Shown: positions 1 through 10,671 of the stretch, piece after piece
Position numbering within the stretch: the stretch's first letter is position 1
Layout: each line of letters starts with the position of its first letter
Assembly (NCBI GenBank): GCA_023205875.1
Contig: CP060768.1
Span: 372,001-436,000 of the forward strand
DNA from: Chloropicon primus
Taxonomy: Eukaryota
Length of the DNA: 64,000 nt
Direction of reading: 5' to 3'
The notes under the pieces: model-generated
Told to the model about the DNA's origin: nothing
Database searches by the model: none
Seen by the model: only the letters and a program-made list of their open reading frames with translations
Made by a program: the position numbers and the translations under genes

Positions 1-2621
1 TTCAAACGTGGGATCAGCTCAGAGGCATGTCAAGGCGCCACTCTGGAGTCTGCATCGCGTTTGCTGAGCTGGACGGCTTCACAGAGTTCTCTGCCCAGGT
101 GTCTCCCCCGCGGGTGATGGAGTACCTCTGCGACCTCTTTCTGACCTTCGATGGATTGTGCGATGACTATGACGTGTACAAGGTGGAGACTGTGGGAGAC
201 CAGTATGTGGCCGCCGTCGGTGTTGTCACGGGAAAAATGCACAACGAAGAAGTGCGCGAAGATGAGGATGGGGAAGGCTTCGGTGCGCTGAGAAGGTCTG
301 TGAACGTCTCTGTCAAGGACGCTTCCAAATTCAACACCGAGCAGATTCTTGGATTCTCAAAGGCCATTATCGACGGGTCACGACTAGTCAATGTTCCCGA
401 GGGAGCAGACACACACCCTCGTTTGCGCGTAAGTACCAACCTCTGAGGCGACGACCTGAGGCAACCTTGCGCTGACTCCTGTTTGCTTCATTTCCTTCAG
501 GTTGGCATCCACGTAGGCCCTTGCATGAGCGGGATCGTCGGCCAACGGAACTTTCGGTTCTGCCTGTTCGGCGACACAATGAACACAGCAGCGAGGATGG
601 AGCAGAAAGGCGAGCCTGATTGCATCCACGCGACGCAGGATGTAGTCGATCTCGTTCCTCACGCTTCTTGGGAGAAGCTACAAAGGATGGAAGTCAAGGG
701 CAAGGGCGTCATGCAAACGTATTTGCTTCGGTCGAACAAGGAAATCCTCACGGATAGCAGACCTCTTACGGCGCAAGATGCTTTCCTTGCAAGCCCCTTG
801 ATTCACAGGATTGCCTCGTTTGGAACAGGGACGAGTGCTTGGACCTCGACCAATACTGCCGAATCCTTTCGAGTTGGGTCTTACCAAGACATTCAGCCCG
901 TGACCAGCGAAGTGTATAGCGAGCACACCTTTTGCTTTGGTCTGTTCTTCCGTAAGGCTAGGGTAGAGAAATGCTTTTTGGACGCCCTTGCCAGATCGGA
1001 TAAGAACATGGTTTACGCCGGCTACCTCTTGTATGTTGTGGTGCTTCTGTCCAACTATATTTACGGGTATTTCCGTTTTTATGTGGTGTGCGATGACATA
1101 GGGACGCTGGATTCTATGGAATCTTTCAACGAAGGCTTGGATAGCTTGGCGTGCTTGTATTACTTGGGTAGTGACCCCTTCTTGTCCCAGAACAATAGTG
1201 CCAGCACGATGACATCGTATAAGAACATCGTGCGAGCCTCAGCATTCAATCTGACTCCAGGGAGCGCGGCTCTTCTCCTTGGACTCGTTGTGTTGGGCTG
1301 CGCATCTCACTTTTACATCCACAAATCGCGTAGGTTCGTTCACAAGTATTGGGCACTTCTCAACGTATGGGTGTTCTACCTGATGTTGTATGGGAGCATG
1401 CTGGGCACAACAATCCTTACCAAGAGGAAAGATTCGTCCACCTCCCAGTGGACAGAGGCTCTCTGGTTCATATCCGTGACAATGGATACTCTGCAAACTG
1501 TGTTCGCTCGATCTGGCTTCCCCATGCATTTCATTTTCCTCATGATTGGGAGCGGCATAACTCTGGGCTGGGGGATGACGGAGCTTGCGAAGGTGAAAGA
1601 GGCTAGTTTCAGCGACAAAAATGGCGATAATCAGTGGATTGGGAGCCTCGACATTCAGGCTGGGCTTGCTCCAACAAGGAGTACCTCCAGCGTCATTCAA
1701 CTTGCTTTCTTTCTTTTGTGCTTCAATGTCATTTTGGTCATTGGAGCTTACCAGGAGGACATCTCGAACAGAAAAAGGTTTTTGCAGAGCATGCTCTTAC
1801 TCAGGCAGCAGGACGAGATTATCGCTCAGAAGAGGAAGACGGAGAAGCTGCAGAAGAGCTTCCTGGAAAGCATCCTTCCTTCAAATCTTGTGGAGCAGCT
1901 GCAAGAGGAAGACAGGTCTGCCCTCTCCTTGTCCCAAAGGCACATAGGCGTCAGCATCCTTTACGCTGACCTCGTTGGGTTCACCGCATTCTGCAAGCAG
2001 GTCGACCCTTTTGAGGTTATGGTCTTCCTCAATAGCTTGTTCCGCGTCTTTGATGACTTCTGCGACCTCTTTGGTGTGTACAAGGTCGAGACTGTGGGCG
2101 ACTGTTACGTTGCAAGCGTTGGAGTCGCCACCGGAAGAATGATTTCCCAGAGGGTGGATGCCACAGACTCCACGCGAGAGTACTCCATCGATTTCGTGGA
2201 CAGTTACTCCAGAAGTTTCAGCACCAGCGCCAGCATCTCACTTGTCAAGGACGCGGCCCGCAGTAACACCAGGAGCCTCGTTGGCTTCGCCAAGGCCATG
2301 CTGCTGGGATCGAGGAAGGTCATGAAGCCTGTGGTGGGTCAGCCGGCCACTTTGAGAATCGGCTTGCACTCTGGCTCCTGCATCAGTGGGGTGGTGGGCA
2401 GTCGAAACATCAAGTACTGCCTCCTTGGGACGGATGTCGTGACCGCGGCCATGATGGAGCACGAGGGAGCTCCCGATCGTATCCACGCCTCTCAGGCCGT
2501 CGTTGACGACGTTCCGGAGGAAGAGTGGGAAATCTTCAAGCTCGTCGAGGACAGGGACGGAAATAAACTCCAGACTTACTTCCTCAAATCAATCCAGCCT
2601 GTGAGAGAAGACACTTGTTGA
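1..2621 (+). CDS. Two-domain transmembrane class III nucleotide cyclase, guanylyl-type; 5' end probably outside the window; intron 429-500
   Basis: Domain 1 has YKVETVGD, GIHVGPC and RFCLFGDTMNTAARME. A multi-TM block follows, then domain 2 with YADLVGF, YKVETVGD and RIGLHSG. A phase-0 GTAAGT...TTTCCTTCAG intron joins ORFs 27..446 and 483..2621 in frame. Confidence 0.85.
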
Positions 2622-3067
2622 ACAACGAATGATAGGCTTTATCATCAGAAACTATTTAATCAAGCTAAATCAAGCGAATAAAATAAAAGCACTTTTCCTC
2701 ACTCACCGCTGAAGTTGCTGCCCCCACCTCCAAACTCAAACAAGTGGAACTCGCGTGGGGAACTCTCGTGCACCTCTCTTCTCATCTTCTCATCTCTCTC
2801 AGGACGTTGTGTTTGGTTTGCTGAAGCCAATGCCAATCCTCCTCCTTGGCCGTGGCAGATTTTGCTGATGAGGGAGGGGTGACTCGTAACTCGGAGGATG
2901 GGCATGACCGAGGGCGAGTCATGCATGCATTGGCAGCGTGACATAGGGGATCCATCCGGCTGCCAGAATCGAGACGACGCTGGCGACGACCGCTGCCCCA
3001 AACCACTAAGCAGTACCACACGAGCCCAAACGTTTTAGACAAGAATGAAGTCGAGCGCTGCGAAGCT

Positions 3068-4546
3068 ATGTCGCTCCTGGTCCTGGCCCTGGCCCTGTCG
3101 TTGTCGTGCCTTGGCTCGTCGGCTTTGGCCGCCAATGAGACCGACCCTTCATCCGCCGCGCTGCCTCCTGCGAGCGGGACCATGTCCCAGGAGGAACAGC
3201 TGGCGCAGCTCAGTTCGGTGTTTGCGTCTCTCGTCCAGCAAGGATCCGATGTTGTGATGGGAAGGAAGGCGAAAGTCGGCCAGGCGTGCACCGCGGAGTA
3301 CCCCCCGAGCTCCTTCCCCGCCACTGAGGACGGCCTCGTGGAGATGGTGGAGAACTACACGAGGTGCTTCTCTGATAAGCTCGGGTTCCCTATTGCCACC
3401 GGGTACCGAGGACCCCTCGCCGAGGAGGAGGCCATCTTCACCACCCACAAGCCCGCGTCCAACTGGACCGGGATCAGCGAGGGTCAGCTCGTGCCCTCCG
3501 GCTCCGTGATGAAGAGCTTCTTGGGCGTGGCGGCCTTCAACGTTCTCAACAGCACCGAGGGCGCCGTGACTTGGGACACCCCAATGTACCCCTTCGTGAA
3601 TCGCGTGCTCTCCCGGGACTTCAACACGAGCTTGGACGAGCTCTTTGATGACAAGCGCATCAAGGACGTGACCATTCAGCAGCTCCTGTCGATGGAATCC
3701 GGCCTCAAAGACTACAGCGAAGACATGGCGCCAGAGTTCATCGGTTATGGCCCGGGGAACACCCAGGAAGCAAGCTTCACTCCCATTGAGTACATTGACA
3801 ACATGATCCAGACCTGGGGGAACAAGCTGAGCTGCGATCCGGGAACCTGTTACTACTATTCAAGCAACGGTTTTGCGTTTGCAGGCATGATGCTGGTCGA
3901 CATCTTGGGTTTGGACTCGTGGAAGGATTTGGACATTCTGGAGCTCGCGTTTCAATCAAACCCGGGGCTCAAGTCGGAGTTCAACAACACGGTTGCTTCA
4001 ACCCCCAACAAGTTGTGCTCCGAGTACGGGCAGCTCCCCGATGGCAGCAACAGGGTTGTCAACCAGTGGAGTGAAAATGGCACAAATTTGTATGACTATG
4101 ACTGCTTGGATGGGTGGGCGTTCGGAAACCTCATGATCGACGCCCCAGACACCGCGAGCTGGTTCTGGCACCTCTACGGGTTGAGAGATATCCTGGGCAC
4201 GGAGGACGTGGACCTGATGCTCACCCCGACCAACACGTCTTCCACTTACGGTCTTGCTTCCGAAATCAATGCAATGCAGGGGCAGGGAAAATTGAACAAC
4301 CGGTACTCGTGGGCTGGACACCAGGGGACGGACTGGGGCTCCTCCAACAGTGGAGCTGGTCTCTTCATGCCGAATGCGAAGGACAACGGCAAAGAGAGGG
4401 CGTTTGCCCTGTCCTTGACGCAGAACGACCTTTCCATCCACGGACAAGACGATTTTGCTCAGACAACTTCGCTGACGAGGGCCTCCACCGTCTACTTGGC
4501 GAACGCGATCATACAGCTCCTGGAGAAGAACTTTGAGGACAGCTAA
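3068..4546 (+). CDS. Secreted serine hydrolase, beta-lactamase/penicillin-binding-protein fold, copy 1
   Basis: Signal peptide; SxxK (GSVMK), LLSMESGL, YYYSSNG and HxG (GHQG) motifs. Confidence 0.75.
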   Translation: MSLLVLALALSLSCLGSSALAANETDPSSAALPPASGTMSQEEQLAQLSSVFASLVQQGSDVVMGRKAKVGQACTAEYPPSSFPATEDGLVEMVENYTRCFSDKLGFPIATGYRGPLAEEEAIFTTHKPASNWTGISEGQLVPSGSVMKSFLGVAAFNVLNSTEGAVTWDTPMYPFVNRVLSRDFNTSLDELFDDKRIKDVTIQQLLSMESGLKDYSEDMAPEFIGYGPGNTQEASFTPIEYIDNMIQTWGNKLSCDPGTCYYYSSNGFAFAGMMLVDILGLDSWKDLDILELAFQSNPGLKSEFNNTVASTPNKLCSEYGQLPDGSNRVVNQWSENGTNLYDYDCLDGWAFGNLMIDAPDTASWFWHLYGLRDILGTEDVDLMLTPTNTSSTYGLASEINAMQGQGKLNNRYSWAGHQGTDWGSSNSGAGLFMPNAKDNGKERAFALSLTQNDLSIHGQDDFAQTTSLTRASTVYLANAIIQLLEKNFEDS

Positions 4547-5000
4547 TCGGAACTCCTGAGAGCAACGAGTGATTCCAATCATTATTGAGAACAATATTTA
4601 CTGAGATTAATTAGAAAACACTTTTCCTCACTCACCGCTGAAGTTGCTGCCCCCACCTCCAAACTCAAACAAGTGGAACTCGCGTGGGGAACTCTCGTGC
4701 ACCTCTCTTCTCATCTTCTCATCTCTCTCAGGACGTTGTGTTTGGTTTGCTGAAGCCAATGCCAATCCTCCTCCTCCTATGGGCATGACCGAGGGCGAGT
4801 CATGCATGCATTGGCAGCGTGACATCGACGGAGACCGGAGACCGATGGGGGACGAGCCCATCATGGGCATGGGGAGACATGTGCCCATGGTATGCGGAAT
4901 AGGGGATCCATCCGGCTGCCAGAATCGAGACGACGCTGGCGACGACCGCTGCCCCAAACCACTAAGCAGTACCACACGAGCCCAAACGTTTTAGACAAGA

Positions 5001-6503
5001 ATGAAGTCGAGCGCTGCGAAGCACATGTCGCTCCTGGTCCTGGCCCTGGCCCTGTCGTTGTCGTGCCTTGGCTCGTCGGCTTTGGCCGCCAATGAGACCG
5101 ACCCTTCATCCGCCGCGCTGCCTCCTGCGAGCGGGACCATGTCCGAGGAGGAAGAGTTGGCGGAGCTCAGCTCGGTGTTTATGCCTATTGTAAAGGAAGG
5201 ATCCGATGTTGTGATGGGAAGGAAGGCGAAAGTCGGCCAGGCGTGCACCGCGGAGTACCCCCCGAGCTCCTTCCCCGCCACTGAGGACGGCCTCGTGGAG
5301 ATGGTGGAGAACTACACGAGGTGCTTCTCTGATAAGCTCGGGTTCCCTATTGCCACCGGGTACCGAGGACCCCTCGCCGAGGAGGAGGCCATCTTCACCA
5401 CCCACAAGCCCGCGTCCAACTGGACCGGGATCAGCGAGGGTCAGCTCGTGCCCTCCGGCTCCGTGATGAAGAGCTTCTTGGGCGTGGCGGCCTTCAACGT
5501 TCTCAACAGCACCGAGGGCGCCGTGACTTGGGACACCCCAATGTACCCCTTCGTGAATCGCGTGCTCTCCCGGGACTTCAACACGAGCTTGGACGAGCTC
5601 TTTGATGACAAGCGCATCAAGGACGTGACCATTCAGCAGCTCCTGTCGATGGAATCCGGCCTCAAAGACTACAGCGAAGACATGGCGCCAGAGTTCATCG
5701 GTTATGGCCCGGGGAACACCCAGGAAGCAAGCTTCACTCCCATTGAGTACATTGACAACATGATCCAGACCTGGGGGAACAAGCTGAGCTGCGATCCGGG
5801 AACCTGTTACTACTATTCAAGCAACGGTTTTGCGTTTGCAGGCATGATGCTGGTCGACATCTTGGGTTTGGACTCGTGGAAGGATTTGGACATTCTGGAG
5901 CTCGCGTTTCAATCAAACCCGGGGCTCAAGTCGGAGTTCAACAACACGGTTGCTTCAACCCCCAACAAGTTGTGCTCCGAGTACGGGCAGCTCCCCGATG
6001 GCAGCAACAGGGTTGTCAACCAGTGGAGTGAAAATGGCACAAATTTGTATGACTATGACTGCTTGGATGGGTGGGCGTTCGGAAACCTCATGATCGACGC
6101 CCCAGACACCGCGAGCTGGTTCTGGCACCTCTACGGGTTGAGAGATATCCTGGGCACGGAGGACGTGGACCTGATGCTCACCCCGACCAACACGTCTTCC
6201 ACTTACGGTCTTGCTTCCGAAATCAATTCAATGCAGTGGCAGGGAAATTTGAACAACCGGTACTCGTGGGCTGGACACATGGGGACGGACTGGGGCTCCT
6301 CCAACAATGGAGCTGGTCTCTTCATGCCGAATGCGAAGGACAACGGCAAAGAGAGGGCGTTTGCCCTGTCCTTGACGCAGAACGACCTTTCCATCCACGG
6401 AGAAGACGATTTTGCTCAGACAACTTCGCTGACGAGGGCCTCCACCGTCTACTTGGCGAACGCGATCATACAGCTCCTGGAGAAGAACTTTGAGGACAGC
6501 TAA
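5001..6503 (+). CDS. Secreted serine hydrolase, beta-lactamase fold, copy 2
   Basis: Near-identical to copy 1 at a 1957-bp period; GSVMK and GHMG motifs. Confidence 0.75.
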   Translation: MKSSAAKHMSLLVLALALSLSCLGSSALAANETDPSSAALPPASGTMSEEEELAELSSVFMPIVKEGSDVVMGRKAKVGQACTAEYPPSSFPATEDGLVEMVENYTRCFSDKLGFPIATGYRGPLAEEEAIFTTHKPASNWTGISEGQLVPSGSVMKSFLGVAAFNVLNSTEGAVTWDTPMYPFVNRVLSRDFNTSLDELFDDKRIKDVTIQQLLSMESGLKDYSEDMAPEFIGYGPGNTQEASFTPIEYIDNMIQTWGNKLSCDPGTCYYYSSNGFAFAGMMLVDILGLDSWKDLDILELAFQSNPGLKSEFNNTVASTPNKLCSEYGQLPDGSNRVVNQWSENGTNLYDYDCLDGWAFGNLMIDAPDTASWFWHLYGLRDILGTEDVDLMLTPTNTSSTYGLASEINSMQWQGNLNNRYSWAGHMGTDWGSSNNGAGLFMPNAKDNGKERAFALSLTQNDLSIHGEDDFAQTTSLTRASTVYLANAIIQLLEKNFEDS

Positions 6504-6957
6504 TCGGAACTCCTGAGAGCAACGAGTGATTCCAATCATTATTGAGAACAATATTTAATGAGATTAATTAGAAAACACTTTTCCTCACTCACCGCTGAAG
6601 TTGCTGCCCCCACCTCCAAACTCAAACAAGTGGAACTCGCGTGGGGAACTCTCGTGCACCTCTCTTCTCATCTTCTCATCTCTCTCAGGACGTTGTGTTT
6701 GGTTTGCTGAAGCCAATGCCAATCCTCCTCCTCCTATGGGCATGACCGAGGGCGAGTCATGCATGCATTGGCAGCGTGACATCGACGGAGACCGGAGACC
6801 GATGGGGGACGAGCCCATCATGGGCATGGGGAGACATGTGCCCATGGTATGCGGAATAGGGGATCCATCCGGCTGCCAGAATCGAGACGACGCTGGCGAC
6901 GACCGCTGCCCCAAACCACTAAGCAGTACCACACGAGCCCAAACGTTTTAGACAAGA

Positions 6958-8459
6958 ATGAAGTCGAGCGCTGCGAAGCACATGTCGCTCCTGGTCCTGG
7001 CCCTGGCCCTGTCGTTGTCGTGCCTTGGCTCGTCGGCTTTGGCCGCCAATGAGACCGACCCTTCATCCGCCGCGCTGCCTCCTGCGAGCGGGACCATGTC
7101 CGAGGAGGAAGAGTTGGCGGAGCTCAGCTCGGTGTTCATGCCTATTGTAAAGGAAGGATCCAATGCTTTCAAGGCAATGAAGGATGAGGTCGGTAAGAAG
7201 TGCACCGCGGAGTACCCCCCGAGCTCCTTCCCCGCCACTGAGGACGGCCTCGTGGAGATGGTGGAGAACTACACGAGGTGCTTCTCTGATAAGCTCGGGT
7301 TCCCTATTGCCACCGGGTACCGAGGACCCCTCGCCGAGGAGGAGGCCATCTTCACCACCCGCAAGCCCGCGTCCAACTGGACCGGGATCAGCGAGGGTCA
7401 GCTCGTGCCCTCCGGCTCCGTGATGAAGAGCTTCTTGGGCGTGGCGGCCTTCAACGTTCTCAACAGCACCGAGGGCGCCGTGACTTGGGACACCCTAATG
7501 TACCCCTTCGTGAATCGCGTGCTCTCCCGGGACTTCAACACGAGCTTGGACGAGCTCTTTGATGACAAGCGCATCAAGGACGTGACCATTCAGCAGCTCC
7601 TGTCGATGACCTCCGGCCTCCAGGACTACGGCGAAGACATGGCGCCAGAGTTCATCGGTTATGGCCCGGGGAACACCCAGGAAGCAAGCTTCACTCCCAT
7701 TGAGTACATTGACAACATGATCCAGACCTGGGGAACAAGCTGAAATGTGATCCGGGAACCTGCCACTACTATTCAAGCAACGGTTTTGCGTTTGCAGGCA
7801 TGATGCTGGTCGACATCTTGGGTTTGGACTCGTGGAAGGATTTGGACATTCTGGAGCTCGCGTTTCAATCAAACCCGGGGCTCAAGTCGGAGTTCAACAA
7901 CACGGTTGCTTCAACCCCCAACAAGTTGTGCTCCGAGTACGGGCAGCTCCCCGATGGCAGCAACAGGGTTGTCAGCCAGTGGAGTGAAAATGGCACAAAT
8001 TTGTATGACTATGACTGTTTCGATGGGTGGGCGTTCGGAAACCTCATGATCGACGCCCCAGACACCGCGAGCTGGTTCTGGCACCTCTACGGGTTGAGAG
8101 ATATCCTGGGCACGGAGGACGTGGACCTGATGCTCACCCCGACCAACACGTCTTCCACTTACGGTCTTGCTTCCGAAATCAATTCAATGCAGTGGCAGGG
8201 AAATTTGAACAACCGGTACTCGTGGGCTGGACACATGGGGACGGACTGGGGCTCCTCCAACAATGGAGCTGGTCTCTTCATGCCGAATGCGAAGGACAAC
8301 GGCAAAGAGAGGGCGTTTGCCCTGTCCTTGACGCAGAACGACCTTTCCATCCACGGAGAAGACGATTTTGCTCAGACAACTTCGCTGACGAGGGCCTCCA
8401 CCGTCTACTTGGCGAACGCGATCATACAGCTCCTGGAGAAGAACTTTGAGGACAGCTAA
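6958..8459 (+). pseudogene. Beta-lactamase-fold hydrolase copy 3, frameshifted at 7730-7733 (pseudogene or homopolymer assembly error)
   Basis: G4 where the other copies have G5 splits the gene into ORFs 6958..7743 and 7800..8459; otherwise collinear with copies 1 and 2. Confidence 0.65.
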
Positions 8460-9279
8460 TCGGAACAACCCTTACCCAGGGCCCTCCCTGGCTGGGCAAC
8501 GAATGGTGCCTATCATTATTGAACATAAGAACATATTTAATGAACCCCTATTTAATCAAGCTAGCTAATCAAGAAAACACTTCTCCTCACCGAGTGTTAT
8601 AACCTCCATCTCCAAACTCCAACTCGTGGAACTCTCGTGGACAATCTCGTGCACCTCTCTTGTCCTCTTCTCCTCGCTCGTGAGGTTTGCTTAAGCCAAT
8701 CCTCTCGTCGTCCTCCCTTTCTTGGTCTTCTGACTTCATAAGACAGAACACTCCGATCCAATCCACCCCAGCACTGTGGTTTCCACTCCAATGGTCTCTT
8801 GTCAAGTTTTCCAACCCTTCCCCAAGGGAATCGAACAACCCACCTCGTTGTCCTTCTCCTTCTCCTTCTCCTTCTCCTTCTCCTTCTCCTTCGTCTTATC
8901 CTTTCCCTTTGCCTTTGCCTTTCCCTTTTCAGTCGGCTGGACACGTCTCAAGCAGCTGGGAGTTCTCGAGGGCTCAGAACTCAAACCTGCAGGACATCTG
9001 GTGGGCGAACAACCGAGCCGAGGAGGTGAGTGGAGTCTGTCGTGCAGAGGGAAGAGAAGGGGCGAGGGTGAGGAAGCGGTCTGGGCTCGTCCACTCGTGC
9101 TCTTTTCGTTTGACCCTCACCCCACCCCACCTCCCTCTGTCGAAAGAAACAACCGGGCGAGGAATGGAGGAACTAACCCATGACTTATTTGTGTCTTTGG
9201 ACAGGACGGCGAACGAGAACGAGAACGAGAACGAGAACAAGAGAGAGAGAGGAGCAGACGAGGACGAGCTTGAACAGTC

Positions 9280-10487
9280 ATGGGAGGCGGTGGATCTGAT
9301 GTTGCACAGATGCCTGTGTTCGACTTGGAACCCTTCTTGGAGAAGTGTATTCTCAAGGGCGAAGAGCCAGACGAGGCTCTCAAGAAGCAGTGCGAGGAGC
9401 TCGCACAGTGTCTGAAAGATACTTCTGCTCTCGTTGTGAAAGACCCTAGGTGCCCAAGCAACGACAACAACCAGTTCCTTGATATGATTGAGAGCTACTT
9501 CGCTCAAGAAGGTAGGAGCATCGGCAGTCGGTCCACTGCTGTGTGTCTCTGCATTTTTACTGACGACGACGACGACTTGCTTCTCGTTCTCGATGTTTTT
9601 TCTTCTTGAACTTGTTGCCAGACGACGAGAAGAAGAAGGATGAGAGGCCACACTTCCACTACCAAGTTGGGGTCACGCCGGAGGGAGTGGAAGTGCCTCG
9701 GTGCTCCATGGACCCAGCTTGTCTGAGTGACATCGCAAAGCAGCCTGAAGAGCACAGAGCCCATGTGCCCAAGGGAGCTGACCCAAAGTGGAGGTTCATG
9801 ACGAGGATTGGACCAAGGCCCACGGAGACAAAGTTCAAGGAGCTCAACGCTGAGCCTGTCTTGCCTGCCCACTTCCCTCAGTGGGAGGGCACTTGCAATA
9901 ACTGGGGCACAAAGATGCTTAACGCCCTCGAGGTCGTTGCGGAGATGTGCGCCGTTGGACTTGGCCTAGACAGGAAGGCTTTCGTCGAGAAGATGAAGAA
10001 CGCTCCTCACCTCCTCGCTCCAACGGGTTCCGACTTGGCAAAGTACCACGACATTGGAACCGTGTTTGCCGGGTACCACTACGACTTGAACTTCTTGACC
10101 ATCCACGGGAAGTCGAGGTTCCCTGGCCTCTACGTCTGGTTGAGAGACGGAAAGAGAATCCCGGTGAAGATGCCTGAAGGCTGCCTGTTGCTCCAGGCTG
10201 GAAAGCAGATCGAGTGGCTGACAGGTGGCGAGATCCTCGCGGGTATGCACGAGGTCGTGTTCTCGGATGCGACTAAGAATGCGGTAGCTAAGGCCAAGGA
10301 AGAAGGGAGGTCCATCTGGAGAGTGAGCAGCACGGTTTTCGGCCATATCGCCAGTGACGCTATCTTGGAGCCACTGGGCCGGTTTGCCACGGAGGAGGCC
10401 AACGCCAAGTACAAGCGCTGCTGTGCGGGAGACCAAGTTCAGGAGGAACTCGACACGATCAAGCTCAAGCCAAATGGTTTGGCGTAA
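9280..10487 (+). CDS. 2-oxoglutarate/Fe(II)-dependent dioxygenase (IPNS-like); intron 9512-9621
   Basis: HYDLNFLTIH (HxD), AGMHEV and WRVSS motifs; GTAGGA...TTGCCAG intron joins ORFs 9280 and 9606 in frame. Confidence 0.85.
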
Positions 10488-10671
10488 ATAGGAGCGAGAT
10501 CGAATAACTTATCATCAGTATTTTTTCACTTATTTTTCAATACATATTTTCCTTTCAACAACAACGACGACGATGGGCGTTACGTGCGCCCCCCCCCCCC
10601 AAAAAAAAAAAAGAAGTACCTAAGAGGTAATAATACAGTTTATCAAAAACGCTTGTGAGTGCGCCCCTCAC

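Larger units (their letters stand above)
2690..8465 (+). repeat. Tandem array of three ~1957-bp units (spacer plus hydrolase gene)
   Basis: Equivalent ATGs at 3068, 5025 and 6982; spacer starting CACTTTTCCTCACTCACCGCTG recurs at ~2690, ~4619 and ~6576. Confidence 0.95.
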
